A stretch of DNA of 64,000 nucleotides from Candidatus Omnitrophota bacterium (GTDB taxonomy: Bacteria > Omnitrophota > Gorgyraeia > Gygaellales > Profunditerraquicolaceae). The position numbers were made by a program, and so were the translations under genes. Positions 62,501-64,000 of this stretch are shown here, in pieces. The DNA is taken from positions 1,059-65,058 of the forward strand of contig JAPLLS010000093.1 of NCBI GenBank assembly GCA_026387435.1, read 5' to 3'. Position 1 is the first letter of the stretch, and each line of letters opens with the position of its first letter. A model generated the notes under the pieces. It saw nothing but the letters and a program-made list of their open reading frames with translations, ran no database searches and had not been told where the DNA came from.

Positions 62501-64000
62501 GTCAGTTATCGAAATAAACTCAATAGATGGCCTACCGAGAAAGCGATCAGCATCCAAGGCGGGACTCCCCAGGAGCAGATCGATCGGACAGAGCGAGATT
62601 TGGCGCAAACCCAGGCGTGGGTTGATCAAAACAAGGAGCAATTCCAGGAAACCTACGATCGGTTTTTAGAGTATGATAATTTGCTGTACGATGAGACATC
62701 CGAAGGCAACGTCCCGGCTTACCTGGAAGAAAATAATCTGACGGTCCAATCGCTGTTCCCGGATATTTTTAATCAAGCCCAACGGGGCAAGCACGCCTCT
62801 CATGTCGAGAAATTCATTTTAGACCATCAAATCAACGGCCAGATACCCGGCAATATGGTCTCTGAGATAGTGGAGCCATTACCGGACTTATTTCTGTCCG
62901 GACACAACAAAACTTACGGCCAGGATCAGAACCGGCCGTTATTGCTTGTGGTCGAAGGCGACGCGATACAATCTTTGAGTCAATACCTGAGTGATTACCA
63001 ATTTTACGGCGCAAGAGAAGGCCGCGTTATCGAAGTGTTTAATCCCACCGGACGGGATCTGGGAGAAAGCGTTTCTTACGTCGAATATAAAGGTGAGTTA
63101 GGTTATCAGATAGGGTTTTTAGGGAATAATTCCGGGATGGCTAAAAATAATTACCGGCCTGATGACCTGAAAACGCTGGAGGAGCTGGAAAAACTAAAGG
63201 AAAAAGTGAACGGGCTCGCGCAAAATTATGATGGCGATCCCGCCGCTGATTACGACAAGTATAGGCGCCTCTCGGATGAAAGTTACGAAATCAGCCTTCA
63301 TATGCTGGCTATTGAGACTTCGGAGGACGCTTATGAAAGACGCCAGGAATGGGAGGATTACAACAGGCAGCATGATGAACTTCAGCCTGAGCTGGATAAG
63401 ATAAGCGGAAAACTGGGCCAACCGCTTCTCTGGGCAACGTACAAATTCAAAGAGAAGCTCTACGAGGAAGAGCGAACAGGAGCAATCTACAGGCTTATTC
63501 AGGCGGGGAACGATCCTCAAAGCTGGTTCCCTGTGACTTTTAGCAAGGATTCATCCTTCCAGTATGGCAGTTCTCTCTTTCCGGACGCGATATACTCATT
63601 GAAAACCTACGAAAAGGTGGGTGGGGCTTATCATGAGCATGATGCGGATAAGATAAAGGATATTGAGAAAGCCAAAGCCCTAAAGATACTGCTGGAAGCA
63701 TCGCTAAGCGACTACAAGAAAAACCACCCCAACTCAACTTTCGAGAAAGATTGTGAAGAACTTAAGTCGAGGATAACCAAATCTGATACTGACGTTTACA
63801 TGGAAATATTATTCAGCGGAGACCCCCGGGCTAAAGATATCTGCAGGATCCTGGACATTGAGGGCGCCCTCGGGCAAAGCGGATTTTACGGTGTCTATCA
63901 GGGGGAAGACGGCAAGATTTACTCGAGCGAAGAATCTTATCATGCCTACAGGGATTACACTGCTTTCAGGGATTATGTCGAGGCGAAATGGGGATCCGAA
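58476..64000 (+). CDS. Second giant gene, open at the 3' end of the window with at least 1,841 codons. It shares the N-terminal ~343-aa module with the upstream giant protein and then diverges into a transmembrane-containing region and further uncharacterised domains.
   Basis: ATG 58476 lies 5 nt after the upstream stop. The translation MIKQIVAFLISFCLIFEQTGFAKLAIPMGIPGYLSSLAPVADKFRPIHLRSIDL... parallels the upstream N-terminus. The frame was checked by eye and no stop was seen through 64000. The ORF track omitted it because no stop falls in the window. Confidence 0.7.

Overview
This is a dense, almost entirely plus-strand bacterial chromosomal window of about 48% GC. The long low-GC, giant-gene-bearing locus suggests an uncultivated lineage, possibly Omnitrophota-like, but that is inference only.

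The first ~43 kb is mostly recognisable housekeeping genes. In order: a transglutaminase-like gene fragment, a PilZ fusion protein, an M1 metallopeptidase fused to an Omp85-type beta-barrel, an M20 peptidase, a PAC2-family protein, a HAD hydrolase, and a UPF0280-family protein. Next comes a cluster of two ATP-grasp ligases plus a KamA-type lysine 2,3-aminomutase. After that: an EF-G paralog that lacks the catalytic histidine, a degenerate YchF-like protein, purH, folC, mnmE, folE, two small PilZ proteins, two receiver-domain proteins, and comM on the minus strand. Then a divergent PAP2 protein, a LysM L,D-transpeptidase, accA, a marR-tolC-adaptor-RND efflux operon with a PII-like gene, dusB, a PEBP gene on the minus strand, a class II aldolase, an MFS transporter, rlmN, an SGNH hydrolase, a peptidoglycan-binding lipoprotein, tRNA-Ala(GGC), nfo and leuS.

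The last ~20 kb is the unusual part. It holds a single 4,973-aa ORF with a midasin-like architecture: signal peptide, a conserved N-terminal module, at least five AAA+ modules of the MoxR/dynein/midasin class, a repeat-rich linker, an acidic Gly/Asp/Glu-rich tract, a VWA/MIDAS domain and a C-terminal SAM methyltransferase-like domain. Five nucleotides downstream a second giant gene begins. It reuses the same ~1 kb 5' module at about 88% nucleotide identity and is still open at the window end.

Other signals: a ~70-bp intergenic repeat family present at two loci, a Shine-Dalgarno-sequestering hairpin ahead of the ATP-grasp/kamA operon, a GTCACAAG motif directly after two stop codons, and a small zinc-ribbon membrane gene missed by the ORF track.
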